58,532 bases of DNA from Nemertoderma westbladi (taxonomy: Eukaryota; Animalia; Xenacoelomorpha), in assembly GCA_032718475.1 (NCBI GenBank), contig JAUCBJ010007802.1:1-58532 (forward strand), in the 5' to 3' direction. The notes under the pieces were generated by a model. It was not told the DNA's origin and searched no databases. It worked only from the letters and a program-made list of their open reading frames with translations. The position numbers were made by a program, and so were the translations under genes. Position 1 is the first letter of the stretch; each line of letters starts with the position of its first letter. Shown here in pieces: positions 12,269 to 24,415 of this stretch.

Positions 12269-13545
12269 TGTACGCGCTTTTATAGACCTTCAGCAGTTTA
12301 ACCTGCCGAAATTTATATGTCTTTATTGATAAACTGCCTTTTATAAGATGACAAGATTTAATACAAAAACAAACCAAAAACATTAGCCGAAGCCAGTCCA
12401 TGCGCGTCCAAATGACCCGTTTATAACACCGGGAGACTGGATTCGTGGGCTTAAATTTATTTGCGGTCAAGCCTACTGTATTATTCGATTGATTACTAAT
12501 ATATAATCTCTGACAAATATTATTCACTTTCGGGAAATATTAGCAGTTCCTTTTAGGACGTGGCGCTCTACCTATGTAAACAGAGTTATGACTGATACTA
12601 CACACAACGATATGGCTTAAATTTCAAGCATAGGGCGCATTCTTTAGGAATGCTTTATTATCAGATCCAATCACTTTACAATCACGCACGCTACCGGTAA
12701 CGCACAACACTGCTCACTGATATGCCGACAGTTACTGACTTTGATCAGGTATAAAGAGATATGCACTGGACTCAGGTAGTGTCTGTCAAACAACATTAGA
12801 TTCACTACAAACACAATAATAAAGTCGCAATTGTTGTACATAACCTTTCTCTCTAACCTGTAGTGTATCAAAGATATTGGGAAAATGTGGGTTGATTATT
12901 GATATTCTTCAACTAATAACATCCAATTATACTGATACAAATTACAAACAGTAAAAGCAGTATGACGGTAGGTTAAGATATAATTAGATTGCATTGAATT
13001 AAGATCGATATAAAGTGATATGAATCGAGTTGATTTGTTAATAGCGATAATAGCTATGCTTTCTATAATTTAGCCTACTAATGTTCTTACAAAAGGGCAG
13101 AAACATTGCGTCATTCCAGCCGATCTTCAGGCAGTATGGAACGACATAAACACTGAGTTTGGGAGCTGCTGTAGGTATCTCTTCAAGGAAAACGCAAATC
13201 GCCCTGATTGGTTGTTAGACCAAAACAAAGGAACCAGGAGTCCAATGAGAGCTCCCTCCACGTCATCATCCAGCTGGGAGATGTCGTAATCAGAATCCTT
13301 CCCTTGACATAGTGACAGTGAAATGCCGCATTGCGGGGTTTGTACCCTGCTACGTCCGCATAAAGCACACATTCAGAAGAATCTATTTTATGTCCGTTAA
13401 AAACACTTATACAGCACCCCGAGGGCTAGGGGATCAAATTATATCTGTAAACGCTTTTACAGCAGGTTTCAGAGTATTTTAGCGTATGGGGGGAAAACTG
13501 GATCGCGGGGCGAAGGACCAGTTGCATCCCACAGAAGCTTTTACA
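12269..13545 (-). repeat. 3' LTR of element B
   Basis: Direct repeat of 23054-24330; no differences noticed by eye. The PPT (GGGAGCGG on -) is at 13546-13553. Confidence 0.95.
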
Positions 13546-13619
13546 CCGCTCCCAGAAAATGGGATTGAAGTCTATAAAATATACGAGATCACAGTTTCTA
13601 ATATACATAAATACTCTAA

Positions 13620-14923
13620 ACCGTTAGTCTTTCTTGCGCGGACGGCATTTACGCAGTTTTTTTTAAAGCTGGCCAGAGTCCCTTTCTCTTTGGGGCGAAC
13701 CACTTTACAAGGAGGGCTATAGCTCCTGGGTGAAAGGTGCAATATAATTGCATCAGAGGGTGCAGGCTTATAGTCGGGGTATCCGCCGTTTCGATATGCT
13801 TCTCCTCGAGCTGATTTTCCTCTGCTCGTCGGTGGATACATTCGTCCAAAAATCTCGCGGAGAATAGAGTCGTCCAAGTTCGATATCTTCTTAGAGATTA
13901 GTTTAAGTTATCTGAACAAACGCAGGTCTCCCTCCTGATCCCCGCGGAATAGCGTCCAACTCGTTTAGGACAACGCTCTCCTCTACCTTGATGACGGGTG
14001 GTAGCGGGTTAAACGGGAACGATCCCGATTACACGGTTGAATGGCAACAACGGGTGTCCGTGCCTCAATCCGGCCAGGTAAGATAGGCGGATATTCAGGG
14101 AGCCATTAACCTGAGTGCCACCAGCCAACGGCTCGGGCAACACTGGATCTCGGAACGGTAAGCACAGTTCATGAGGATCCGCGACACCACCAGGATCAAG
14201 AGTCCGAGGTCCAACCAAGGAAGGAGGAGGTCTGACCGAGCACTCCGGAACTCAGATCATAGGTCCACTCAAGGATCGCCCGAGCCGAGAAAGCGTGGGT
14301 GACACATCGAACAAGTTTCTCTCGAAACTCCCGCAAATACAGCGAGCAAACCATGTTTAAAGCTTCGTCTCCGTTGACGTTTATGTCTTTCCGTTTGTCG
14401 GCTGGTCCTAGGCATTCATCGCAACAATACCAAGACACACGTCCTGTAGGGGAAACGCGGGTGACACCCATTTGGTGTTACAATGCTTCCCTCAAGAATT
14501 CCAAACACACGCTGGAGCCACCGCGCTCATCCGCCTCCCGAACGTCTCCTCCCTCGCGTAGACTTCGAATAGAATTTTCGCATTCGAATTTAAGTTCATT
14601 GTTACGACTCCGCTGGGTAGGATATTTAAATAATACCATTTCCCTTTTGTGTTGACATAGTCCGTATCGGGTAAGTCGATAGAATAGCCGGTAGTTAAGA
14701 AGTCCATATACATACCATTAATATGCGTATAGCGAGCGGTGAACTTGCTACAGTCCAACCCACGCGCAAGTTGCTCCTGGGACATAGGTGGTTCGATATA
14801 ACTACCATCGTCCTCGGTAGTAGTTGGATCAGCTTCACCGCGTATCAAGCTATCCACAAACGCTTGTAAAGGTAGAGTATATCCCTCTCTAATACCAAGA
14901 TCATCTTCTATCAACTCCGTCAT
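13620..14923 (-). pseudogene. Decayed, shortened cargo ORF of element B
   Basis: The 5' end matches ORF 858..1487 and the 3' end (PSDAIILH.SPRSYSPP.KV.RPKEK.TLASFKK) matches the end of ORF 6710..8485. It has several frameshifts and stops, and no exonuclease or zinc module in between. Confidence 0.7.
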
Positions 14924-16541
14924 ATCTGTTATATGAGTTTACCAATATTAGAAGGAGTTTGGCTTTAGGCGAGCAGGCGTCGCTGCCTACCCCTCTCTGC
15001 CCCCGGACAGTGGGATCCTCAGCGCCGATGCACCGTTGTCGCGTGTTTACGCCAACGTTGTGGCAACAGCACGACAACGATAACCGGCACAAGTCACTCC
15101 ACTGTCCGTCCCAAAGTCTTGAAATCACTTGAGGTTCTTGCTATGGGAGAGTTGGGCTACTTTACAATTGCGACTAGCTACGGTAAACACACTTTAGCAG
15201 TAACATTCACCTACAAACGCACAAATTCCACACAACAGCTACCAACTACAATCATACAGGCCACTTGTCCGTTAGTCAGTGCTTTCCAAAATGTCACGTT
15301 GTTATTGTGTATCCTTGGATACCAACAGTGTGCTATGTAATCACTATGCTAGGCAATGGGCAAGCTTTCTATTGTTCTGTTAACTCGTTTCTAATTCTAG
15401 CGTGGGTGTTGCTATGGTGACATTATGTAAAGCTAGCGGTAGAATTAGGGTAATTCTCATGCATACAGATCTGGGATGCTGTTTGATAGTAAGTCTTTAA
15501 TTTGTCAATATCCTCTTTATACATGATTTTAGGAATTTTATCGGCTATTGACTATATGTTGGAGATTCTCGCACTCTAGCACACTCAATAGGGTGAATCT
15601 CCGCTCCCGTGATCTATTAATTAGTGGAATTTTGGGAATATTAGAAATTGTGCAAAATGACAATTTATTAAATTCATAAAAATATGAATTTTAAACTTAT
15701 TCCCTTGAATTTAATTATTTGATGGTAAAATTGACACAATTTTGATTCCAGAACATATCTGGGGACATAAGATCCTTAATTCTATAAAATGGTCTTTTAA
15801 GAATACCGGTAAGTGCTACGATATCTTAATTGACTAGAAATTTTAAAGGATCTGAATTTGACAGATTTAATAAATATTAAATTAATATTTAAGATGGGCA
15901 CCGATTTATTCCAGAACTTGTCTGGGGACGTTAACCACTGATTCTAGAATTTGTCTTTCAAGTATATCGGTGGGTGCCACGATATCTTAATCGACTAGAA
16001 TTACAGATGGTCAAAAAGGTTTAACAGATTTATTTTGCGTTATACGCTACTGTTAAAGGGACATCACGCTACTATATGTATTATTTAATATAGGTAGAAG
16101 AGCAATATCGCACAAGGCAATGTCAGTGTGAAGAGGCAAGTCGTTTCCAAGGTCTACCCAGAGCTTGGTTTAGCCGAGACACGAGGATCTGAACTTTGCA
16201 TTCCTAATACTCTGCCTACCAATAGTACTGAAAATATAGTAGTGGCTTTATTGTACTTTAATAAGTACGGACATTTCATCTTACTGTAGTCTCGCATTTA
16301 TAATATAATACGAACAGTAAGGAAAGAGAAAATAATTATTTCTCGCCGTCGCACTAAGTATATTATGTAATTACGTAATAAACACTAATATATTGCACTA
16401 ATCTACTAAATAATCTAAAATAACACTCTACTAAATAAAATTAAATAAAACGATTATAATAAAATACATAGTAATACATACATAAATATAAAATAAAAAC
16501 AAATATAAAATAATATAGTCACACACCCACTCCATATATTA

Positions 16542-19500
16542 TTACGTGATGGAGTCCCTAGATATTTGTCGAATTAGGGAAGTGGTCGTAGGAAGAGTAT
16601 CTTGCCTTCCATGGTTTCCGGACAGTTTTCGGTCTCTTCCCGGTAAACCTAAACGACCAGCTGGGCGATTAGGCCGTCGTGATATTTCCTCCGCTCCCTT
16701 GGCCTGTCTAATCTCCGCCGAGGCAAGACGAGGAGGCCATTCTTCTTCTTCTTTACTTAGGGAGTCGGGTCCACCCAACCAGCCGGGAGTATCTATCCGT
16801 TCTTGAGGAGTTACTCCTCTGGAAGCGATGTCGGCTAGATTAATCGTCTCGGGTCGATGTCTCCATTGATCTACATTGGAGTTGATATCGTCGCTATCTG
16901 AGGAGTATGTTGTTCCCTCAGTGGCTTCGTCCACCTCACTGCTCTCCTCTTCCCAAGCTTTTACTTGAAGTATCCGGTCTTGTGGCAGTCTTTCTTCAAG
17001 GGTTCTGCGGGAAGGGCCAGTGAAGTACCAACCTACTCGAGTTCTTACCGCATAAGGTTGTAATGGCTGCGGTTGAGCAGGCCGTTTCTCTAACGTCTCG
17101 AGCGCCTCATGCGCGTTTTGGCCGATAAGGATTTGTACTCCAGGATAATCAGTTTGGAATCGAGGTATTCCCAAATGTTGGATGTTCTCGTCCTCGTCCC
17201 AGTCATAAGGTTCTACTTGAGTAGTAGCGAAGTTCTTTATTGCCACCATTTTTACTGACTCTATACTTTGTTCCCCTAATTTATCCTGTGGAGTGGACAA
17301 TGCGCCGAGATAATAATCTGCCATTAAGGTAGATTTCCAAACCTGCATAATTCCGGACATATTTAACTTAGTTCGGAATTTGGGTTGTCCAGCAAAAATA
17401 TCCTCGGCTAACTCCTTGTCGATGAATGTTCCGGTGCTACCTGAGTCAAGGAGGGCGTTCACTATGTAACTTTTGTTGGGACCGTGAACTCTTACCTGGA
17501 CTACCGGAAATTCTCGTATTCCTATGTTGGATGTTGGAGTTTTCCGAGATGGTTGCTTGTCCAAGGAGGTTGATGGAAACTCCGTGTCGTTATCCTTTTC
17601 GTACGTAAGTGCTCGATACACTGCGGTGTTTATTAGATAACAGGATTCGTTGGCATCAGAGAATTCGTCAGTATAGAATCCTTCCCACTCAGAACTTTGG
17701 TCAGTGTCGTTCACATCACTGAATTGGACATGTAATTTGGGCTCACTTACCTGACTCGGGTGGTTTCGTTCGAATTCTGTGTGCAATAAGCTATGATGTT
17801 TCGCGCCGCACTTAGCACACCTTGCGTCAGAGTAACAGGTTCGCCGCTGGTGTCCGCGTCTGAGACAGTTATAACACAACCGCTTATCCCACAGGACTCC
17901 ACGTCTATCTGCCAGGGATTTCTTTTGGAATTCCGCACACGCACTCAAACGGTGGGGCCCGTCGCACAGCGCACATTTTGGTTTGATGTTACTCACTTTA
18001 ACTTGGGCAATGCTGTGCACTTTCGCTCGTTCTTCGGGCTTGCTTACCTGAATTCCTTTGGGAGACTGAGGAGGGGTCTTGGTAAGCTTGTCTCTCCTAT
18101 CATTGGTTCGAGGCTGGTATTTACTTACGTCTCTCGGGGTTTTGTGGTCATCGTAGGATCTTGCTGTGTCTTTCCCGCTGTCCTCTTCATGGGAGGTCTG
18201 GCTTTCGCCGTCGTCAGTATAACATACTGGTGTTACCCTTCTCCTAGAAACGGGTTTCTCACTTACCTTATCTTCCGATGTTTTTTCCCTGGATTGCTTT
18301 ATTAATTGTAGTTTGACCTCACGGTCTAGGAATGACATGAGATCCGCCATGGTGGGGCTCCGTCGTTGTTGCTCCATCATATACAACACTTTCTTGTCCC
18401 AGCGAGTACATACTCCACCCTTTGGTAAAGTAGAGACTATGGCTCCAATAACCATGGAACTCTGATATTCATGGGACTTACCTAACCAATCCAATTGCCT
18501 ACAGATTTCTTGAATCTCATCGGAAAACTCTATAATCTCGTTACTAAGGAACTTTCGGGGAGCTACCAGTTTTGCATACAAATACTTAGCGATATTATCC
18601 TTATTACCATACCTGGTGTTTAATGTATCCCAGACTTGTCTTAGTCCATTTGGATGTCCAATAAACTTCAACGCCATTAACTTGGGGGGTCCTTCCAAAC
18701 ATTTGATGAGGAATCTCAGTTTCTCTCCGCTAGATAGTACAGAGTTCTGTATGCTATCTTCATAATATTCTTTAAAAGGTAACCATTTCATCTCATCACC
18801 GTTGAATTTGACAATTTCTCCCACTTTGACCGCTTGGCGGGCTTCTGTTCTAGCCATCTGACGCGTAAAGCTTTCTTGGGCCATCGTGTTATTTAATATC
18901 GAATTATCGGTATATAAATTTTGCGGATTATTATCAGGTCTATAGGGAATATCATTACTCACAGGTTTGTAATCTCCTTTAATAGGGTTTACTATAGGAG
19001 TTTCTACATCGCTAGCAGTATATATGCGTATAGGCGACACACCTTGCGCATGATACACTTCAGACCTAGCAGGTTGACACAGGGTTACAGGGGGTGTTTC
19101 TACTTTACTAGCAGTATATATGCGTGTAGGCGACACACCTCGCGCATGATACACTTCAGACCTAGCAGGTTGACACAGGGTTACAGGGGGTGTTGGTATT
19201 CCCCTTTGTATATTGACTAATTTGTCGCGCTCTAATGCGATATTTTGCTGCACTTCTTGCAGCTCTATCCTACTATCCCTTACGGTTCCCTTGAGTTGGT
19301 AGACAGTCCCTTCTAAGTCCCGGATCTGTTGCGAGGAACAGTCCCGCTGTTCCCGCATTTGACCGAGCAAGAGACTCATCTCCCGCCGTCCCTTCTCCAC
19401 CCACTCGACCGCCGAAGCGGGAGTCGCCAACGTTGTAGCGGGCCGTATCGGGGCGACGGGAGACAGATCTTGTATGTCTCTCTCGGTCTCCAGAACCGGG

Positions 19501-20891
19501 GCTTGGGCTGCTCCACCAGGTGCCGTTAGTTTAATAGTACTGTGTAAAGGGAATTTGGTAGTAGGTTTGGGGAGTACAGGGGTCTCTCTCACCGAAGTGG
19601 TGTTTTCTAGAACAGGCCTAATTATTTCCGGCTCATCTACTATAGTAGGGAGTCTGGTAATGGTAATAGTTTGGTCTGTGGGTTCTGTACTCGCTACTGA
19701 AGTGCTAGATATTTGTCTTCTAACAGCTGGAGGCAAATCAGGCAATCTCTGACGTGGAGACATTCTTTTACGCCGACTGAGACGAGATCTATTTCCTCCA
19801 CCTTCAGGGTCGGTAGTGTCTCCTTCCTCCGATGATGTATATCCTTGGCGTTTCGAAGTAGATCGACTCAGTATCTTCATTCGACTTTCTGTGAGGCGTT
19901 TATCGATGTAATCATGTGTCTCTTGCAGATTGGCCAACTCTAGTTGGGCAATTTCTTCAGACGCTCTCTTTTCTGCTTCTACCGCCGCTGCCTTTCTTTC
20001 GGCCTCTGCTGCTGCCACTGCAGTCTTTCTTTCTGCCTCTGCTTCCGCTGCTACCGCTTTTGCTGCTTTTCGATCTGCCTCTGCTTCCGCTGCTGCCGCT
20101 GCTGCTGCTTTTCGATCTGCCTCTGCTTCCGCTGCAGCTGCTTTTCGATCTGCCTCTGCTTCCGCTGCTGCCGCTGCTACTGCTTTTCGATCTTCTATTC
20201 GTTTTTTCTGGACTTGTGCTTCCTGGGCTCTAGCGATGCGTCTTTCCTCATCAAATTTAGCTTGATCTTTAGCTAACATCTCAGCATCGAGGTCGTCCAA
20301 CACACGCTTAGCTCCTGCACTATTAGGTGAAAATCCATGCAGTCTTCTTCTCAACTCCTTGTCTCCTATGAATCGCTGATAATCTGACAAATAGGTATCA
20401 ATTGCATCTCTCTTTTGCGGTCCCTCTGTTGATGTTAATTCGCTTTCCACTTCGCTTTCCACTTCGCTTTCTACTTGAGAAGAAGGGGCGTCAGTTGATT
20501 CTCCAAAGGTTGGCCGCTCATCACAAGCCGTATCCACCATTTTCGCTCCGCGTTCGGGCGTCCGCTCAACAGTCTCCGAACTACTGGAGCTATCGGGTCG
20601 CTGGGGACTAGGTTCGTGATCAGGATGTTGCTGCGATAGGACAGCTTCCTCTAGGTTCCGTTTTACCTGGGCCCGAGTGCCTATGATAGACCTATGGTGG
20701 ATTAGCCTAGGGTCTGATACTACTACTGTAGGGCTAGGGATGACCTTGCTTACAGTAGGAGGGGACTTGGACTTCGGTCTCAGACGTTCTATACTCTTAG
20801 CTGAGTCCCAGATCTTTTTAAGACCCTGTCTAACACTCGTTCTAGCACTTTCTAAGAAACTATCTGACAGTGATTGGGTTTGTTCAGCCAT
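16542..20891 (-). CDS. BEL/Pao Gag-protease polyprotein fused to the RNase H C-terminal remnant (1449 aa); RT and integrase missing
   Basis: Capsid-like block KFNGDEMKW..F...EKLRFL..CLEG...L..RYG (DUF1759-like). Three BEL-type knuckles: CALCDGPH....C, CYNCLRRGH....C and CAKCGAKHHSLLH. Protease motif ALLDSGST...ILIG...TRVGW. This is followed directly by QWRH...NLADIASRG...W..GP..L...EWP. Confidence 0.9.
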   Translation of the reverse strand: MAEQTQSLSDSFLESARTSVRQGLKKIWDSAKSIERLRPKSKSPPTVSKVIPSPTVVVSDPRLIHHRSIIGTRAQVKRNLEEAVLSQQHPDHEPSPQRPDSSSSSETVERTPERGAKMVDTACDERPTFGESTDAPSSQVESEVESEVESELTSTEGPQKRDAIDTYLSDYQRFIGDKELRRRLHGFSPNSAGAKRVLDDLDAEMLAKDQAKFDEERRIARAQEAQVQKKRIEDRKAVAAAAAEAEADRKAAAAEAEADRKAAAAAAAEAEADRKAAKAVAAEAEAERKTAVAAAEAERKAAAVEAEKRASEEIAQLELANLQETHDYIDKRLTESRMKILSRSTSKRQGYTSSEEGDTTDPEGGGNRSRLSRRKRMSPRQRLPDLPPAVRRQISSTSVASTEPTDQTITITRLPTIVDEPEIIRPVLENTTSVRETPVLPKPTTKFPLHSTIKLTAPGGAAQAPVLETERDIQDLSPVAPIRPATTLATPASAVEWVEKGRREMSLLLGQMREQRDCSSQQIRDLEGTVYQLKGTVRDSRIELQEVQQNIALERDKLVNIQRGIPTPPVTLCQPARSEVYHARGVSPTRIYTASKVETPPVTLCQPARSEVYHAQGVSPIRIYTASDVETPIVNPIKGDYKPVSNDIPYRPDNNPQNLYTDNSILNNTMAQESFTRQMARTEARQAVKVGEIVKFNGDEMKWLPFKEYYEDSIQNSVLSSGEKLRFLIKCLEGPPKLMALKFIGHPNGLRQVWDTLNTRYGNKDNIAKYLYAKLVAPRKFLSNEIIEFSDEIQEICRQLDWLGKSHEYQSSMVIGAIVSTLPKGGVCTRWDKKVLYMMEQQRRSPTMADLMSFLDREVKLQLIKQSREKTSEDKVSEKPVSRRRVTPVCYTDDGESQTSHEEDSGKDTARSYDDHKTPRDVSKYQPRTNDRRDKLTKTPPQSPKGIQVSKPEERAKVHSIAQVKVSNIKPKCALCDGPHRLSACAEFQKKSLADRRGVLWDKRLCYNCLRRGHQRRTCYSDARCAKCGAKHHSLLHTEFERNHPSQVSEPKLHVQFSDVNDTDQSSEWEGFYTDEFSDANESCYLINTAVYRALTYEKDNDTEFPSTSLDKQPSRKTPTSNIGIREFPVVQVRVHGPNKSYIVNALLDSGSTGTFIDKELAEDIFAGQPKFRTKLNMSGIMQVWKSTLMADYYLGALSTPQDKLGEQSIESVKMVAIKNFATTQVEPYDWDEDENIQHLGIPRFQTDYPGVQILIGQNAHEALETLEKRPAQPQPLQPYAVRTRVGWYFTGPSRRTLEERLPQDRILQVKAWEEESSEVDEATEGTTYSSDSDDINSNVDQWRHRPETINLADIASRGVTPQERIDTPGWLGGPDSLSKEEEEWPPRLASAEIRQAKGAEEISRRPNRPAGRLGLPGRDRKLSGNHGRQDTLPTTTSLIRQISRDSIT
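19005..19197. repeat. In-frame tandem duplication in gag (TPPVTLCQPARSEVYHA.GVSP.RIYTAS x2)
   Basis: Two near-identical copies with a 99-bp period. Confidence 0.85.
19960..20190. repeat. Ala/Glu-rich coding minisatellite in gag (AAAEAEADRK-type units)
   Basis: About 6 variable-length units of tttcgatctgcctctgcttccgctgc. Confidence 0.85.
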
Positions 20892-22249
20892 GTTTGATTG
20901 TACAGTTGAATGCCTACTGCTATAGTTACAGTTAAAGCAAGTCTAGTAATTCAGTAAGACTGTTGGCCTAGTACCGGTAATTAATTGCAATATATTAGAA
21001 TACCGGTATACACTTATAGTATATATAAGTATAACAGACTAGATTTGTCACAGAGTACCGATATATAATTTTAGCACAAATATATATAAATATATAATAG
21101 GCCTATCGTGAATACCGGTATACAGCTGACACTTATAGTATATATAAGTATAATTATTACTAGAATTAATTACAGAATACCGGTATGATTTCAGCTCAAA
21201 TTTATAGAAATAAATATAATAAACCTATTAGAGATACCGGTATATCAATTATTTAGGATAATTGAATTTCTGAAATTATAAGTTACTTAGTTACTTGAGT
21301 TTACTTTGTTACCGTTATGCAAGCAGTAGTCCAACTGATATTGTGACCTACTTGTTGTATGGCAGGCCTACTGATTTATAAATCTTTGGAGTTGATTTAT
21401 AATATATATATATACCCTGATAAGGGATTTCGTTACAAGATTGAAATAGGTGTTACTATTTCCGGCAAAATACCACTACACAGAAGCTAAGCGCTTTCAG
21501 TGAAGTACTACTTATGGGACACTAAACAGAATAATTCTACTGGCCTACGTTACTTATTTACTAGTTACTTACTATTGGTGAGATTACAATCTCTAATAAA
21601 CACACAAAACGTTACGTACAGAAAATTTTTAGGGCAATTTTACAGGGAAACTACTAACCAGTCTAACAAAGGGTTAGATCTTCTGGCTATTACAACGAAC
21701 AGGATACTACGGTATTTGAAAATAATAAGTAGAAGTAAATACTGCGTTGTCTAGATAGGAAAGTACCACCGCCTGACGACCTACAGCCGTATCGCTATAG
21801 GTACAACGTTATGTATCTACGGAGTGTTCCTACCTAGAAGTTAATTACCGCCGTCTACCAGAACGAGCGTGCCTATTAACCACTTTACAACACAATAATG
21901 CCTACACTAATTACTTTCGGAAAGCACTGTACACTAAACCCTAAATTAGGTACAGGTACTTGTAAAAACAGATAACCAGTAGTTAAATATACTTGAACAG
22001 TTAAAAGAACCACAGCATCTGCTGGAGTGACCGGGGCACTGAGTCACCAGTCTTTACCTACGCCAAGCAGCCCGTGTAGTACTGGGGTTAATTTAACTAT
22101 AACGGTATGTATAACAAACACAATTACTGTAGGAATAAACTTGGGGACATGAATGTTGCGAGTAATCGCATAAACTCTGAATAATAAATATTACGCTACC
22201 CGTACAGAATACTCAAATAAAATACAAACCGGATGCTGACAAACTACCA

Positions 22250-22740
22250 TTAAGCCTAAATAAACCACAGGATGTGCAGATTCCGAAACTTGTTAGTGAG
22301 TATGCGTGCTAATACGGTAGCGCGGCTTATTCTTTACAGGGGTTGACCTTACAACTTACGAGTTGCCCCAACTTACTAACTGGCACCTATCAGACTCTCT
22401 ACACACGCGGCAATCTCTTCAGACCCAACAACAGCTAGGCAACAATCCAGCCTACAAAATATCTAAATAATACTATTACGGTATCTGAACGGACTATACA
22501 GACAGTACAGTATAAACGCTGACGGACTACTATCAAGCCTAAATAACCACAGTATATGCAGATTCCGAAACTTGTTAGTGAGTATGCGTGCTAATAAGGT
22601 AGCGCGGCTTATTCTTTACAGGGGTTGACCTTACAACTTACGAGTTGCCCCAACTTACTAACTGGCACCTATCAGACTCTCTACACACGCTGTAATCTTC
22701 AAGCCTAACAACAGTCAGACAACAGTCCAGCCTACAATGA
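22250..22740. repeat. ~200-bp direct duplication in the 5' UTR of element B
   Basis: aagcctaaataa...ctctctacacacgc...cagcctacaa occurs at ~22252-22458 and ~22535-22737. Confidence 0.85.
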
Positions 22741-23053
22741 TCTGAACAATCTGAGCAGACTTACACGTCTTCAGCTCAATATTAACTTACTAGGAAATAA
22801 AAACTGACAGAAATAAACCTAAGTAAAATCCCAATAAAAACCAGGCGTCCCCGATTTAGTATCAAGACCTACCGGTATACAATAATCAAAATCGAATAAT
22901 ACTAATGTACTTGCACAGCAATACCGGTTATGACAGTTGGGCCTACGGACCTACGGTAGTAGTACCGGTTATGACAGTTGGGCCTACTGACCTACTGGAG
23001 TGCCGGTATTTTCAATCTTATTGCTTACCGCAAATAAGATCGATAGCTATTAT

Positions 23054-24330
23054 TGTACGCGCTTTTATAGACCTTCAGCAGTTTAACCTGCCGAAATTTA
23101 TATGTCTTTATTGATAAACTGCCTTTTATAAGATGACAAGATTTAATACAAAAACAAACCAAAAACATTAGCCGAAGCCAGTCCATGCGCGTCCAAATGA
23201 CCCGTTTATAACACCGGGAGACTGGATTCGTGGGCTTAAATTTATTTGCGGTCAAGCCTACTGTATTATTCGATTGATTACTAATATATAATCTCTGACA
23301 AATATTATTCACTTTCGGGAAATATTAGCAGTTCCTTTTAGGACGTGGCGCTCTACCTATGTAAACAGAGTTATGACTGATACTACACACAACGATATGG
23401 CTTAAATTTCAAGCATAGGGCGCATTCTTTAGGAATGCTTTATTATCAGATCCAATCACTTTACAATCACGCACGCTACCGGTAACGCACAACACTGCTC
23501 ACTGATATGCCGACAGTTACTGACTTTGATCAGGTATAAAGAGATATGCACTGGACTCAGGTAGTGTCTGTCAAACAACATTAGATTCACTACAAACACA
23601 ATAATAAAGTCGCAATTGTTGTACATAACCTTTCTCTCTAACCTGTAGTGTATCAAAGATATTGGGAAAATGTGGGTTGATTATTGATATTCTTCAACTA
23701 ATAACATCCAATTATACTGATACAAATTACAAACAGTAAAAGCAGTATGACGGTAGGTTAAGATATAATTAGATTGCATTGAATTAAGATCGATATAAAG
23801 TGATATGAATCGAGTTGATTTGTTAATAGCGATAATAGCTATGCTTTCTATAATTTAGCCTACTAATGTTCTTACAAAAGGGCAGAAACATTGCGTCATT
23901 CCAGCCGATCTTCAGGCAGTATGGAACGACATAAACACTGAGTTTGGGAGCTGCTGTAGGTATCTCTTCAAGGAAAACGCAAATCGCCCTGATTGGTTGT
24001 TAGACCAAAACAAAGGAACCAGGAGTCCAATGAGAGCTCCCTCCACGTCATCATCCAGCTGGGAGATGTCGTAATCAGAATCCTTCCCTTGACATAGTGA
24101 CAGTGAAATGCCGCATTGCGGGGTTTGTACCCTGCTACGTCCGCATAAAGCACACATTCAGAAGAATCTATTTTATGTCCGTTAAAAACACTTATACAGC
24201 ACCCCGAGGGCTAGGGGATCAAATTATATCTGTAAACGCTTTTACAGCAGGTTTCAGAGTATTTTAGCGTATGGGGGGAAAACTGGATCGCGGGGCGAAG
24301 GACCAGTTGCATCCCACAGAAGCTTTTACA
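23054..24330 (-). repeat. 5' LTR of element B
   Basis: Begins TGTAAAAGCT at 24330 on the minus strand and ends GCGCGTACA at 23054. Confidence 0.95.
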
Positions 24331-24415
24331 CTTGGCTTTGTTGTTGTCTTAATGAATACAGTATGTAAGGTATAGATAGATTAGTTAATAATATTGATAT
24401 TATTAATTATTATTT

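Larger units (their letters stand above)
12269..24330 (-). mobile_element. Complete non-autonomous BEL/Pao LTR retrotransposon (element B, 12,062 bp)
   Basis: Two 1277-bp direct repeats with TG...CA ends, a 5-bp TSD CTTGG (12264-12268 / 24331-24335), a PPT adjacent to the 3' LTR and a BEL/Pao-type Gag-protease ORF. Confidence 0.95.

Noticed and set aside
16542-20891. TolA-like or host coiled-coil gene suggested by the AEAEADRK repeats
   Set aside because: The repeat is an internal minisatellite of a clear BEL/Pao Gag between LTRs.
12240-24157. Duplicated 61-95 aa ORFs in 12240-13372 and 23025-24157
   Set aside because: Chance ORFs duplicated because they lie in the LTRs; not preserved in the LTR of element A as far as I can see.
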